Origin: Fibrobacteria bacterium
GTDB lineage: Bacteria; Fibrobacterota; Chitinivibrionia; Chitinivibrionales; FEN-1185
Length of the DNA stretch: 64,000 nucleotides
Reading direction: 5' to 3'
Assembly (NCBI GenBank): GCA_037447435.1
Contig: JBBIGR010000001.1
Coordinates: 32,001-96,000, forward strand
Part shown: positions 8,255 to 18,788 of the stretch, in pieces
Layout: the number at the start of each line of letters is the position of its first letter
How positions within the stretch are numbered: the first letter of the stretch is position 1
The notes under the pieces: model-generated
What the model was told of the DNA's origin: nothing
Database searches by the model: none
The model's input: only the letters and a program-made list of their open reading frames with translations
Position numbers and translations under genes: made by a program

Positions 8255-9061
8255 TCAATGAGGATGAGGATGGGAATGAGGATGGACATGTTTGATATTC
8301 AAATGCCGGTGCACATGCACATGCACCAAATTATTGGTTTGCAAAAAAGGATTGTCTGAAAGGATTTCTTCTGCCGAGCCGCTTCTGATAATCGTTTTGT
8401 CATCGCCGAAAACATGCACTATATCCGCAATTTCTTCGACTATATGCAGGTCATGCGTTGCCATCACGACGGTTTTCCCTGCTTTATGCGCTTTGTCCAA
8501 AACATCGATAATATCCCGGTTTGTTTGCGGATCAAGGCCTGCAGTCGGTTCATCGAGGAGAAGGATTTCGGGTTCCATGATCAACGTCGACGCGATAGCG
8601 GCCTTTTTCTTTTCTCCTATGGATAGTTGATGCGGCGACCGTTGCAACAAATGAGAAATCCTCATCTTTTCAACGATACTCTCAAGCCTTTTGTTAATTT
8701 CATCGTGCGCAATTCCGAACTGAAGCGGTCCGAAAACAATATCTTCCTTGACAGTCGGGCAAAACAGCTGAACATCGGGATTCTGGAAAACAAACCCTAC
8801 TTTCCGTCTGAATTCTCTTTGAAAACCGGGGTCCCTCATAGCGCGTTCGGTTATCGTTTTTCCCGCCATGGTCATGGTACCGGATGTCGGAAAAATAAGC
8901 GCGTCGAGCATTGTCAGCAGAGTGGATTTACCCGTTCCATTTGCGCCGATTATCGCTATTCGCTGCCCTTTTTCTATGTCAAACGACAGACCTTTAAGTG
9001 CGATAATATTTTGCGAAAATGAATATGAAACATCCTTCAGTGAAAAAATCGATTCGCCCAT
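8255..9061 (-). CDS. nikO: Ni/Co ECF transporter ATPase (NikO/CbiO) with His-rich tail
   Basis: GANGTGKST, VFQNPD, LSIGEKK, LLLDEPTAGLD; C-terminal HVHVHRH...HVHPHSHPHPH. Confidence 0.9.
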   Translation of the reverse strand: MGESIFSLKDVSYSFSQNIIALKGLSFDIEKGQRIAIIGANGTGKSTLLTMLDALIFPTSGTMTMAGKTITERAMRDPGFQREFRRKVGFVFQNPDVQLFCPTVKEDIVFGPLQFGIAHDEINKRLESIVEKMRISHLLQRSPHQLSIGEKKKAAIASTLIMEPEILLLDEPTAGLDPQTNRDIIDVLDKAHKAGKTVVMATHDLHIVEEIADIVHVFGDDKTIIRSGSAEEILSDNPFLQTNNLVHVHVHRHLNIKHVHPHSHPHPH

Positions 9062-9873
9062 ACGGCTCCAATTAAAATGATGAATGAAAGAATCAGCATG
9101 ATTTTGTCCGCAATCGTGCTGCGGAATTCGTCGAGGACATAGGCTTCTCCATTATATCCCCTCGAGATCATTGCATCGTACACTGCGGTATGCAACCGGT
9201 ACGAGCGAAGCCATAGCCCTGCCATATGTGCGGTAGCGATTCTTCGTCCTTCTGTTGACGATGAAACAAATCCGACCCTGCTTTTTATCCCAATGAACAT
9301 TTTTTGGATAATGTCGAGAAACAGGAAAATATAGCGGTAGCTCATACCGATGGTCATGACAAAAAGTTGCGGCACTTTAAATATTCTCAGTACTTTCAAC
9401 AAGACATGTTGCCGCGTCGTTAAAACTAACAGAACGGACATCGAGACGCAATCCAAAACACGCATACAGAATATTCCGGCAGCATCAATTCCCTGACGAG
9501 TGACCGACAGTTTCAACCCAAACACATGCCACGACGCCACCACCGTTCCGGGAGAAACAGCATCGAAAATCGCGGGAACGACAATTACAAAAGAGAAAAT
9601 AGGTACAAAAAGCAACGTCCGCTTCAGAAAGAACCCGATGCGGATATTTGAAAACGGAACCAGCAATACGATAATCGCATAGAGGGACAATAATACGGCG
9701 GCATTATTGCACAAAACCATCGCTATAAGTAAACTTATGGAAGCGCAACTTTTATACCGGGGGTCACGCTCCTGTAAAAAGCCTCTTTGCAATGCATACC
9801 GTTCCACTGAAACCGTATCTTTTAATACCGAAACCGTGCCAAGAATAGTCCGCTCGATAAATCCGGACACCAT
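9037..9873 (-). CDS. nikQ: ECF transporter T component (NikQ/CbiQ)
   Basis: DPRYK, multiple TM helices, YRYIF, AMISRGY. Confidence 0.9.
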   Translation of the reverse strand: MVSGFIERTILGTVSVLKDTVSVERYALQRGFLQERDPRYKSCASISLLIAMVLCNNAAVLLSLYAIIVLLVPFSNIRIGFFLKRTLLFVPIFSFVIVVPAIFDAVSPGTVVASWHVFGLKLSVTRQGIDAAGIFCMRVLDCVSMSVLLVLTTRQHVLLKVLRIFKVPQLFVMTIGMSYRYIFLFLDIIQKMFIGIKSRVGFVSSSTEGRRIATAHMAGLWLRSYRLHTAVYDAMISRGYNGEAYVLDEFRSTIADKIMLILSFIILIGAVWANRFFH

Positions 9874-9882
9874 GGTCCCCCT

Positions 9883-10224
9883 TTATCGTTTTTTTTCTTT
9901 TTTAGAAAGAATTTTTCCTATGATGAATGCAATGCCGACGCAAGCGGCGATGCCAATTATCCCGGATAAAAAATAGCCGAATCCCCGATGAGCCGCATCC
10001 TTGCCAAACCAACCGTGCGCGCCATAGCCCGACACCGGAGCTTTCCAGACGCCGGATACCTTTTCAAGTTCGCCGGGAATATAGCCGACAAGCATTTTAA
10101 TCTCTTGGGCAGACCATTCTCCCCATGCCGACTTCGAGTTTAATTTATAGGGTACATACAATCCAAGCGGCGTTATTACGGCAAGAAAGGCTATACCTAT
10201 CCAAAGTTTCGATAGGGTTTTCAT
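9883..10224 (-). CDS. nikN: Auxiliary membrane component NikN (PDGLE-like)
   Basis: Two TM helices, PLGL...AWGEW motif, located between nikM and nikQ. Confidence 0.75.
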   Translation of the reverse strand: MKTLSKLWIGIAFLAVITPLGLYVPYKLNSKSAWGEWSAQEIKMLVGYIPGELEKVSGVWKAPVSGYGAHGWFGKDAAHRGFGYFLSGIIGIAACVGIAFIIGKILSKKEKKR

Positions 10225-10910
10225 TCGACAGTATCCGGTATAGTACGTAACAAATCCGGATCCTGACCCTGGAGAAATTTAACGACCAAAGCAGTAACTA
10301 CCATCTCTATCCAGCCGAAAACAAGCATATGTTCACCAACCATTGCCAATACTGCTATTTTTATGGAATACGGACAATACAATGCCTGGCCCGACGCCGT
10401 GTGATGCAAAATAGGTTGAACGCCAAATTCCAATCCCGCGCTTAATGCGGCAGCCACCAGACCAAAGTATCCTCCAACACCGGCCGCAAATAATCGCCGG
10501 AATGATTTTATCGGACTTTTTTGACTGATGAGGCGGTACAAGGCATATCCGATGAAGGGCATTACAAAAGCCATATTAAAGCAATTGGCGCCTAATGCGG
10601 TAAGACCACCATCCCCAAATAAAAACGCCTGGATGACTAGCGCAACACTCACCGCAATGCAAGCGGCCCACGGTCCTAAAAGAATGGCGACTAACACTCC
10701 GCCAACCGCATGACCGGAAGTCCCGCCCGGAATCGGAATATTAAACATCATAATTACAAAGGAAAAGGCCGCTCCGATTGCCAATAAAGGAACTTGTTTT
10801 GCTGCAAGCGATTTTTTTACTTTTCTTGAGGCTATTGTCCAAACCGGCAGCATGACTGCGTAAAATGCGCCGCAGGAAATTGGGCCAAGATACCCATCAG
10901 GTATATGCAT
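10221..10910 (-). CDS. nikM: Ni ECF transporter S component NikM (CbiM family)
   Basis: N-terminal MHIPDGYL (NikM type; CbiM usually MHIMEG), GGTSGH, QAFLFGDGGLTALGAN. Confidence 0.9.
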   Translation of the reverse strand: MHIPDGYLGPISCGAFYAVMLPVWTIASRKVKKSLAAKQVPLLAIGAAFSFVIMMFNIPIPGGTSGHAVGGVLVAILLGPWAACIAVSVALVIQAFLFGDGGLTALGANCFNMAFVMPFIGYALYRLISQKSPIKSFRRLFAAGVGGYFGLVAAALSAGLEFGVQPILHHTASGQALYCPYSIKIAVLAMVGEHMLVFGWIEMVVTALVVKFLQGQDPDLLRTIPDTVE

Positions 10911-10955
10911 GCAAAGCTCCCTATTAAAAAAACCTTAAATAGGTTTTCAGCGAAC

Positions 10956-10982
10956 GTGCCATTAAAATATATTTCGTAGCAC
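10956..10982 (-). promoter_or_regulatory. Candidate NikR operator
   Basis: Minus strand GTGCTAC-N13-ATGGCAC pseudo-palindrome with AT-rich spacer, 45 bp upstream of nikM. Confidence 0.7.
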
Positions 10983-11021
10983 TTAAATTGATAGTTCGGC
11001 AAACCTATTTATTTTTTATGT

Positions 11022-12308
11022 TTAAAAAGATATCTTAGGAAAAAATCGAATTCCGGTTCTTCTAACAATAATTAGCATCAAAATCATAAGAAATAATTCG
11101 ACACAAAGAAAAGAAATTGCAGCGCCTGTAGCTTGAAAATGAGGAATTAGTAAAGGCAGCAAAACCAAAGAGAATATACCTGAGCCTATTAATGTTATTG
11201 TAAATTGTTTTTGGAGCTTACAATTCAACATTATTTGTGTTCCAAAAATATTATCCCAAAATACGCTCAAAGGTAAAAAGGACATTATCCGTATGAGCAA
11301 GGAAATTTGCTGAGACTTTTCGCCTGTGACAATTAAAACAAGATAGTCAGCAAATATCCAAATGCAACAGCAACCGGTACCAAACACCATTGTCCCCCAA
11401 ACAAAAACTTTTTTAATAAAACGAAGAGCCTCCGCTTTTGATTGGGAAAACAACAACGAAGTCTTAGGGAAAATTGCGCTTCCAATCGGCCCAGTAAGCC
11501 CAATAAATGCCCGAATGATTTTCTCTGCTATTGCATACAGACCAACAATTTGGTTACTGCAAAATATGCCGAGCACGAATGTGTTTGTATTAGTAAATAG
11601 CGTAACGCTTAATTGGGAAATAAAAATATGGAATCCGTTTTTCAGATTTTCCCGGCAAAAGGAAACTCTCGGACGAATATATTTAATTTTAAAAATTCTG
11701 ATTGCAATGAAAAATCCAATTAAACTAACCGCACATACTCCAATCGCATTTAAATAAGCAAACCACATATAATCATTTTTTTCTTTAATAAAAATAAAGT
11801 ATAAAACGGATACGGCAACCTTAGCCCCGAGGTTTAGAACCGTGATATACCCCATTCTTTCCATTCCTTGAAATAGCCATGTTGGAAAAAACACACTTCC
11901 GGCTACTCCCAAAAAAAGCCAGCAATATAACACTCCATTATTGTGAAACCGAGGAATGAAAGTCACTATGCATAAGAGAATAATAAAGCAGCAAATAGCA
12001 AGTAAGCTTTTAATCGTTACAATCGAATAATAATGTTCAGACAGCCACTCATCATTCTCTCGATGGATGGAAACCTCTCGCGTTGCAGATAAATTGAATC
12101 CATAATCTATTACTGTCTGAAAATATGTTTGAACAGAACCTGCAAAAGCAAGCAAGCCAAAATTCCCTGCCCCCAAAACCCGTATTAGGTATGGAACAGT
12201 AACCAATGGTAAAAGGTAATTTATTCCCTGCAGTAAATACAGTGACGCGGCGTTTTTGTATAGAGCTTTATTTCTTGCAATTTTAACCATTATCACACTT
12301 GAAACCAA
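11022..12308 (-). CDS. wzx: Wzx-type oligosaccharide flippase
   Basis: LPLVTVPYLIRVLG...DYGFNLSATR, WLFQGMERM, about 12 TM helices. Confidence 0.9.
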   Translation of the reverse strand: MVSSVIMVKIARNKALYKNAASLYLLQGINYLLPLVTVPYLIRVLGAGNFGLLAFAGSVQTYFQTVIDYGFNLSATREVSIHRENDEWLSEHYYSIVTIKSLLAICCFIILLCIVTFIPRFHNNGVLYCWLFLGVAGSVFFPTWLFQGMERMGYITVLNLGAKVAVSVLYFIFIKEKNDYMWFAYLNAIGVCAVSLIGFFIAIRIFKIKYIRPRVSFCRENLKNGFHIFISQLSVTLFTNTNTFVLGIFCSNQIVGLYAIAEKIIRAFIGLTGPIGSAIFPKTSLLFSQSKAEALRFIKKVFVWGTMVFGTGCCCIWIFADYLVLIVTGEKSQQISLLIRIMSFLPLSVFWDNIFGTQIMLNCKLQKQFTITLIGSGIFSLVLLPLLIPHFQATGAAISFLCVELFLMILMLIIVRRTGIRFFPKISF

Positions 12309-12385
12309 CGTACAATTTTTAATAATAAAATTTCTATAAATTAACGATCATGTCAAAGAAGCCTTGCCTTTAAATTGTATGGTTT

Positions 12386-13981
12386 TTAATTTCCCTTGGA
12401 ATAAACATAAATCGCGAAAACAACCGAAATTGTCGTAACGATGGCTTGAAATACAGGCAGGATAATGGTTATAAATCGTTTTGACTCTTGCGAATCCGGT
12501 ATAACTAGAATATCACCATCATTAATTTCTTTTATATTCTTGATTTGATATACATCTTTGTATGCAGAAATGACGAAAGAATTTGTTTTATCCGCTTTTG
12601 GAGTAAGGCCTCCGGCTTTTTCAAAATAATAACTTGCACCTTTTCCGCTTATAAATTCATAAGCGCCAGGGTTTCTAACATTACCGCTTATATAGATAAA
12701 CCTATCTTTTTTTGGAACCACTATTTCGTCGTTTTTTTCAAGCATCAACTTGTTTTTAATATCGCCGACCGTAATTATTGAATAATCACTTGAAACCCCG
12801 ACTTTAATAATTGCCGAGTTTATTTCTGGTCTAACTGAACTGTTTTCTGCAATTGGAACTTGAGGTGAAAGCTGTTGCGTTTTTCGAGATATTTTACTCC
12901 GCCTAATTATGACTATTCGATTTAAATTTGCATAATTTGTAGTTCCTCCGGCTAAATCCAAAATATTTTGTAGCGATGTTTCTTCTTTAATCATGGGATA
13001 AATTCCGGGTTTCTTCACTTCGCCGGAAACCATAACCTGCAATTGTTGAGAATAATTTTCTTTTTCCGGAATAATTATCATATCGTTGTGTTGCAGAACC
13101 AGATTTTTCGCAATTTTGTGATCAATTGTTTTGATTTCCGGGGAGTTTGTATTGCTGCCGGTTTTAATTATTATTATCGACGTATCAGCTGATGGCGTTG
13201 CATTGAACAACGAGAGCAACTCACTCACTGTTTCGTTTTTCTTTATCGGGAAAACGATATCGGTCGTGTCTTTAACTATTATCGCTCCCCCTAAAAACAC
13301 CTTTGAAACGGCATTGTTTACCTGAATATTGTCTCCCGGGTATAGATACGGATTTTCCTTAATGTTGCCTCTGTAAATATACTGCATCAAATCATACGAA
13401 CACGTCGAGTCTCCATTAGTGACTAAAACCTGCCTTAAATCGATTTCCGAAATTGGAGAAAGAATCGAATTATTTGCAACTTTGACGGCATCCAAAACCC
13501 GCATTTTCCCCGGCAATTTTATCGTACCCGGGTTCTTGACTACTCCAAAAACAGAAATCATAACGTCTTTAGTTTTTATCAGGGAAATCGAAACATCCCC
13601 TTTTTTAATCTTTACTCTTTTTTGAACATATTCCCGCAACATTCCTTTGGCAATTCTTAAATTTACCTTTGATAAATTTACTATTCCAAAATCAGGCAAA
13701 ACAACGCAATTATTATCGTCTACGATTACTTTAATTTGATGATTAAGATCATCAGGAATTGTAATTAGAAAGACATCTCCGGAACCGATAAAATATTGAT
13801 TGGAATCTATAGAATTTTCGTACAATTCATTTTGTATAAAACTGATCTGACCATTTGTTGAAGGAAATTTCTGATCACCGAAAAATGATGGGGACGAAGG
13901 ACCCGAAATTATCGGAGAACAAAAAGCCTGATGGAAAATGAAAAGACCAATCAAAAAGAATCCTATTTTTGACATTTTCAT
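12386..13981 (-). CDS. Polysaccharide export protein with SLBB repeats (Wza/KpsD-like)
   Basis: YFIGSGDVF Poly_export-like motif; repeated V.G.VKNPG/GEVKKPG/GNVRNPG units; C-terminal helix. Confidence 0.85.
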   Translation of the reverse strand: MKMSKIGFFLIGLFIFHQAFCSPIISGPSSPSFFGDQKFPSTNGQISFIQNELYENSIDSNQYFIGSGDVFLITIPDDLNHQIKVIVDDNNCVVLPDFGIVNLSKVNLRIAKGMLREYVQKRVKIKKGDVSISLIKTKDVMISVFGVVKNPGTIKLPGKMRVLDAVKVANNSILSPISEIDLRQVLVTNGDSTCSYDLMQYIYRGNIKENPYLYPGDNIQVNNAVSKVFLGGAIIVKDTTDIVFPIKKNETVSELLSLFNATPSADTSIIIIKTGSNTNSPEIKTIDHKIAKNLVLQHNDMIIIPEKENYSQQLQVMVSGEVKKPGIYPMIKEETSLQNILDLAGGTTNYANLNRIVIIRRSKISRKTQQLSPQVPIAENSSVRPEINSAIIKVGVSSDYSIITVGDIKNKLMLEKNDEIVVPKKDRFIYISGNVRNPGAYEFISGKGASYYFEKAGGLTPKADKTNSFVISAYKDVYQIKNIKEINDGDILVIPDSQESKRFITIILPVFQAIVTTISVVFAIYVYSKGN

Positions 13982-14177
13982 TTAGCTCCTTTTAATATTT
14001 TATATATGTCTGCTTAAAATAAATCGAGCCACATAAAAACCTAACCCACACTTTTTAATATATCTTTTACTAACAATATGGCGTAATTTAGCTGGATTTA
14101 AGACTTAGCCTTTTGGGCAAATAATATTTTACACTTTATATGATAGCATATGATAGCTATGAAAGATAAATGATTAA

Positions 14178-15344
14178 ATGAATATTCTCTCCTATATTCA
14201 ATTTCTTTTAAAAAAGAAACGTCTTTTCCTATGGAATTTTCTTTTTATCTCCTTAATTGCATGGATATATTGTTTCTTTATTGCAAAAAAAGAATATCTC
14301 GCTGAAATTACCTTCCTTCCTCCAGCGTCAAACGAGATTTCAGCCTCCACTGCAATGTTTGGGTTTTCACTTCCCAACTTATCCTCGCCAAATATCCTTT
14401 CTGAGCAAATTTATACTATCTTCGAAAGCAATGCTACCAAAAGAAGCATTATCAACCACTTTGATCTTTATCAGAAATTTAAATTAACCAAATCTAAGAA
14501 TAAATTCGAGCTTGCAAAAAAAAGGCTCAACAAACTTATTTCAATGGATCTGAATCAAACGAGCAGCTTAGGGTTTCAACAAAATACAATTTCTTTTTCC
14601 ATCCAATGTTATTCGACATCCCCAGACACAGCGGCTCTTATGGCGAATTATTCATTTTCATTGGTTGATTCAGCAATTCAAAGAATCAGCATCGATCGCG
14701 CGAGCCGAAATAGAATGTTCGTGGAATCCCAGCTTCTAAAAAGTAAATCGACTCTTGATAGCTTAGAAACGGCATTTGAAGTCTTCCAAAAAGAAAACAA
14801 AGCGTATGTTATGCCAGAACAGCTTAAATTATCCTTAAACTCCTATGCTTCAATAAAAGCAAACGCGTTGCTAACTGAAATGCAAATCCGTTCTATCCAA
14901 AGGGAAAGGGACTCTTCTCAGCAAATTCAGGACTTACAAAAAAATTTATCAGTATTAAACGAAAAAATGAAATCCATCGAAACTTCTGAATCTCCTTCCG
15001 TTTTACCCGGCCTAAACCTTTCCGCAAAACTAATTCCAAAATTTACAAATCTCACAAGAGATATTGAAGCTCAAGACCAGATTATTTTATTTTTAATAAA
15101 GGAAGTAGAGCAAGCCAGGATACAAGAAGCTAAAAACGTATCTTCTCTGGTTGTCATTGATCCTGCCGTCCGTCCAGAATATAAAATTCGCCCTAAACGT
15201 CTTCCCGTAATGGCTATGATAATTTTATTAGAAACAGGCTTTTTGATAATAATTCTAACATATCAATTCACTTTCAATTTTGCGCTTGAACACAATCAAA
15301 AATTTTCAGATTTTATAAAAATCCTCCATGGTAAAAAAACCTGA
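14178..15344 (+). CDS. Polysaccharide co-polymerase/chain-length determinant (Wzz/Wzc N-terminal type, no kinase domain)
   Basis: N- and C-terminal TM helices, coiled coil, VIDPAVRPEYKIRPKR. Confidence 0.85.
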   Translation: MNILSYIQFLLKKKRLFLWNFLFISLIAWIYCFFIAKKEYLAEITFLPPASNEISASTAMFGFSLPNLSSPNILSEQIYTIFESNATKRSIINHFDLYQKFKLTKSKNKFELAKKRLNKLISMDLNQTSSLGFQQNTISFSIQCYSTSPDTAALMANYSFSLVDSAIQRISIDRASRNRMFVESQLLKSKSTLDSLETAFEVFQKENKAYVMPEQLKLSLNSYASIKANALLTEMQIRSIQRERDSSQQIQDLQKNLSVLNEKMKSIETSESPSVLPGLNLSAKLIPKFTNLTRDIEAQDQIILFLIKEVEQARIQEAKNVSSLVVIDPAVRPEYKIRPKRLPVMAMIILLETGFLIIILTYQFTFNFALEHNQKFSDFIKILHGKKT

Positions 15345-15380
15345 ACTTCTCCCTAGCTGAACTCATTAAAAGAAGGCTTT

Positions 15381-16802
15381 GTGTCTGTAGATCAATCGAT
15401 TAAACCGCAATTGACTATACAATCGATTACAGTAATACAAAAATATGCTGTTTTTATATTGCTCGGCGGTTTTTGTATTTTTGAAATCCTTTGTTTTTAT
15501 TTTGGGAATGCGCCATTTGTTTTTATTGCCTTTAGCGGGTTTTTAGCTGTATTATTTTTCATTATTCTTTTAATACGGCATAATGCGCAAACCATGTTTT
15601 CGGGTATACTTTACGCTATAATTTTACTTCAATTCGTACTACGACACAACATTATCTTTTTAGCTATCACGACAAGTGTTTTATTTTTTCCGGTGATTTA
15701 TATATTTTCAAAAACGTTACCTTACAGGATTAATCTTCCGACAAAATTAGCAACCCTATTGCTCTTCATTGGATTTTTTTCTTCCCTATTTTATCAATGG
15801 TGTAATTCAAACTACCCTTTTGACTTACTTTTGGGAAAGTATGATTTTTTCTTTTTTGCTGAAATACTTACTTATTATTCGGTCTACTTATTAATGAAGG
15901 TGAAAATATTGACTCTACATAAAACCTTCCGAGCCCTGATTGCTTCCGGGATTTTATTTGCCTGTTATATTGTTTTTGCTTATTGGCGGAGACATGAACT
16001 AGGAAATATTTTTTTTGAACGGCTTGGAAATTCCATCGACATTAATCCAAATCTCATTTCGTCTTATCTTGAATTAATCCTTCCACTTTCGGTATTTACA
16101 GGAATTTTTGAAAAAAACATTCTTTATAAAATTGCCTGGATTGCAAGTGCTTGTTTGTTAACTTTCATTATTCTTTTATGTAATTCCCGTGGAAGTCTTC
16201 TTGGTTTGAGCCTTTTAGTTGGGTATTTAATTCTTTCAATTAAGCGGACGAGATTTCGGATGATAATTATCGGCTTGTCACTACTTGGAATTTTTATTTT
16301 CGGACCAATTTACTATAATCGGCTTACTCACCCGTCGTTTTTGGATTTGCTATCTAATGCAGGACGATTAAAATTGTTAAAAACCGCAGTAATTGTTATT
16401 AAGGAAAATCATTACGTTTTTGGGATTGGGATGAATAATTTTAGCTTAATGAAATTCCATTATGGTTTTCCTTCATCATTCGACTTTTCCCGTTCAATGT
16501 CCTCACATAACCAATATATGGAAATTTGGCTTGGATGGGGCTTTCCGGCTTTACTAGGATGGATTATTTATTTCTGCGGCACTGGAATTTTGCTCATTCG
16601 AAAATCAATTTCATCATCATTGTTTCCTTTTAAAATGGCTTGTTTTTTCTCGCTGGTTTTTTTTATAACTCATGGCCTTGTGGACAGCATAATTGCTAGT
16701 CCTGAATTAATGCTTTATCCTTTTGTAATCCTGGGTTGTTGCCAATATTTGATTGCATTGGAACCCGAAACGAATAACGAATTGGCATATAACGGTAAAT
16801 GA
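15381..16802 (+). CDS. O-antigen ligase/polymerase family protein (WaaL/Wzy_C)
   Basis: Multiple TM helices; NPN, SRGS, S..GR, FGIG, SHNQY. Confidence 0.85.
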   Translation: MSVDQSIKPQLTIQSITVIQKYAVFILLGGFCIFEILCFYFGNAPFVFIAFSGFLAVLFFIILLIRHNAQTMFSGILYAIILLQFVLRHNIIFLAITTSVLFFPVIYIFSKTLPYRINLPTKLATLLLFIGFFSSLFYQWCNSNYPFDLLLGKYDFFFFAEILTYYSVYLLMKVKILTLHKTFRALIASGILFACYIVFAYWRRHELGNIFFERLGNSIDINPNLISSYLELILPLSVFTGIFEKNILYKIAWIASACLLTFIILLCNSRGSLLGLSLLVGYLILSIKRTRFRMIIIGLSLLGIFIFGPIYYNRLTHPSFLDLLSNAGRLKLLKTAVIVIKENHYVFGIGMNNFSLMKFHYGFPSSFDFSRSMSSHNQYMEIWLGWGFPALLGWIIYFCGTGILLIRKSISSSLFPFKMACFFSLVFFITHGLVDSIIASPELMLYPFVILGCCQYLIALEPETNNELAYNGK

Positions 16803-17894
16803 TCAATTTTTACAAAGAAATAAATTCTCCAATAAATTCAAACTGTTTTCCCAATTGAAATTATTGAGAGACCTTGGTCCTTCCTCAGAAACCTTCTCCG
16901 CTTCCTCCGGGTGTTCAAAAACAAACTCAATCGCTTTAGCAATTGCTTTTGCGGAACCAGGCTCGCAGAAATAGCCGTTTTTTCCATTTATAATATATTC
17001 GAGATGAACAGGAATCGCTGTGGCTACGGCAACACATCCACTCAGAATTGCTTCACAAAGGGGCAGATCCCAACCTTCATGCAAACTACTTGATATAAAT
17101 ATTTGCGACGAATTATAAAGCTCTCTGATGATCGTCTGTTTGGGATTTTGATAATATGTAATTTGTTCCGGAAAATTCCGAGGTTTTGGGGAAACCCCAA
17201 AAGAATTGATCTGCAAATCAGGAAATTTGTTCTTTAGTAATGAAATTGCCTCTAAAACAAACCTTGTCCCCTTTAACTCCAACGTATGCGCCAAAAACAA
17301 TAGACTATGCGCAGGTCTTTTTTTATACTTTACTTTTGCTTTATACAGCTCCGTATTTAGCCCGTTTGGAACGCAGACTGCTTTTAGGCCAATTTCTTGG
17401 AGCATATTCTCCAAATGTTTTGACACCACGATTTTCTGCATTGGTAAACGCCACGTGTTTATTAATTCTTCTTTGCTCATAACCCAATCTTCATATGCCT
17501 GAATAAAATAAAACTTTCTGCCCTTTTTAATGGAACATGAATTTACAAAATCGGCAGTATTTGAGGGGCAGGCTACTATGCAATCGGCATCCGGAATATA
17601 CCGTTCCAATAATGATGGAACAACCAGCATTTTCACTTTAGGAGAAATTGCAAACCAGTAAGCTAAATAAAATGGATGAAAAAATTTCAATTTATAATAC
17701 TGTATGAACGCTTTGAATTTTTTAATAAACGGAATATCGGTTTGTATTGATGTCGGATGAATAATGTTGACAATCCAGTTTCTTTCAGCAAGTCGATTCG
17801 CGTACTCGTAAACAACTTTAAATCCGCCAACAGGAACTATCCCCGGGCCGCAAAGAACAAAGGTTATTGATTTTTTCATTATTTTCGTCCTCAT
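16803..17894 (-). CDS. GT4 glycosyltransferase (WsaF-like)
   Basis: PVGGFKVVYEYAN, YFIQAYE, EGWDLPLCEA. Confidence 0.88.
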   Translation of the reverse strand: MRTKIMKKSITFVLCGPGIVPVGGFKVVYEYANRLAERNWIVNIIHPTSIQTDIPFIKKFKAFIQYYKLKFFHPFYLAYWFAISPKVKMLVVPSLLERYIPDADCIVACPSNTADFVNSCSIKKGRKFYFIQAYEDWVMSKEELINTWRLPMQKIVVSKHLENMLQEIGLKAVCVPNGLNTELYKAKVKYKKRPAHSLLFLAHTLELKGTRFVLEAISLLKNKFPDLQINSFGVSPKPRNFPEQITYYQNPKQTIIRELYNSSQIFISSSLHEGWDLPLCEAILSGCVAVATAIPVHLEYIINGKNGYFCEPGSAKAIAKAIEFVFEHPEEAEKVSEEGPRSLNNFNWENSLNLLENLFLCKN

Positions 17895-17903
17895 AAAGAC
17901 CTG

Positions 17904-18761
17904 TCATCTTTTATACGCAATGACAATATCCTGGAATGATGTAAACTCTGTTCTTCCGCACCAACTGCCAAATTTAATAGGCTGTTGTATTTCCAGCCCG
18001 TTTTTTTTGTGCAATGAGTAAATAAGCTCTTCACCGTACCCGACAGCATCCTCCGGATATTGCGGTTTTTCAACAAAAACCTTAGCATCAAAATTGGTTC
18101 GCTCACTAAGTCTTATAGCGGATTTATTATTGGCAATTAACTCCAACGATTCTTTATTAATACTAAACCAGGTGGAAAATACTCTTCCATTTTTTTTCAA
18201 GACTCTCGAAATTTCATGAAGGTAGTGATCAACATCCTCCGACAGCATGTGGGTGAAAACTGAAGTCAAAAAAACAAAATCGAAATATTTATCTTCAAAC
18301 GGGAATATATAATCCGAAGCTTCGATTTTGCCATGAGGATTATAAGTAGTGTTTTTAATATCAGATAAATGAAAATGAAAATTAATATACTTTGGAGATA
18401 TTTTTTCTCGACACCATTTTATTGCTTTGGGTACAATATCAATACCATCGTAAGTTCCGTTATTCAAATACGTTAGCAATGGTAACGCCATTCGACCAAG
18501 ACCGCAACCAACATCCAATACTTTGTCGTTTTGTTTTAAATCGCAGAATTCCGTGAAAAACCTAAGAAACTCGAATCCGATGGCACGAAAATTTCCTGCA
18601 CCAATAAAGTTCATTCGTACCGGCGGTACCAAACCGTCATTTTCCTTTAGAATCCAATTGCCAATATCCACAAAACATCCCCCGACATATCTTGATAATA
18701 AAAAGATGGTACGGTACAGCGGTGGCGGGATCAATTTTTTTAATGTTTTCACATTGTACAT
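17904..18761 (-). CDS. Class I SAM-dependent methyltransferase
   Basis: VLDVGCGLGR, FDFVFLTSVFTH, EISRVLKKNG. Confidence 0.92.
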   Translation of the reverse strand: MYNVKTLKKLIPPPLYRTIFLLSRYVGGCFVDIGNWILKENDGLVPPVRMNFIGAGNFRAIGFEFLRFFTEFCDLKQNDKVLDVGCGLGRMALPLLTYLNNGTYDGIDIVPKAIKWCREKISPKYINFHFHLSDIKNTTYNPHGKIEASDYIFPFEDKYFDFVFLTSVFTHMLSEDVDHYLHEISRVLKKNGRVFSTWFSINKESLELIANNKSAIRLSERTNFDAKVFVEKPQYPEDAVGYGEELIYSLHKKNGLEIQQPIKFGSWCGRTEFTSFQDIVIAYKR

Positions 18762-18788
18762 CCATATAATTGAAAGGTTTGAGGTCCA

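Noticed and set aside
10911..11021. Cobalamin riboswitch upstream of the CbiM-family gene
   Set aside because: The gap is short and AT-rich with no B12 box; a NikR-type palindrome is present instead.
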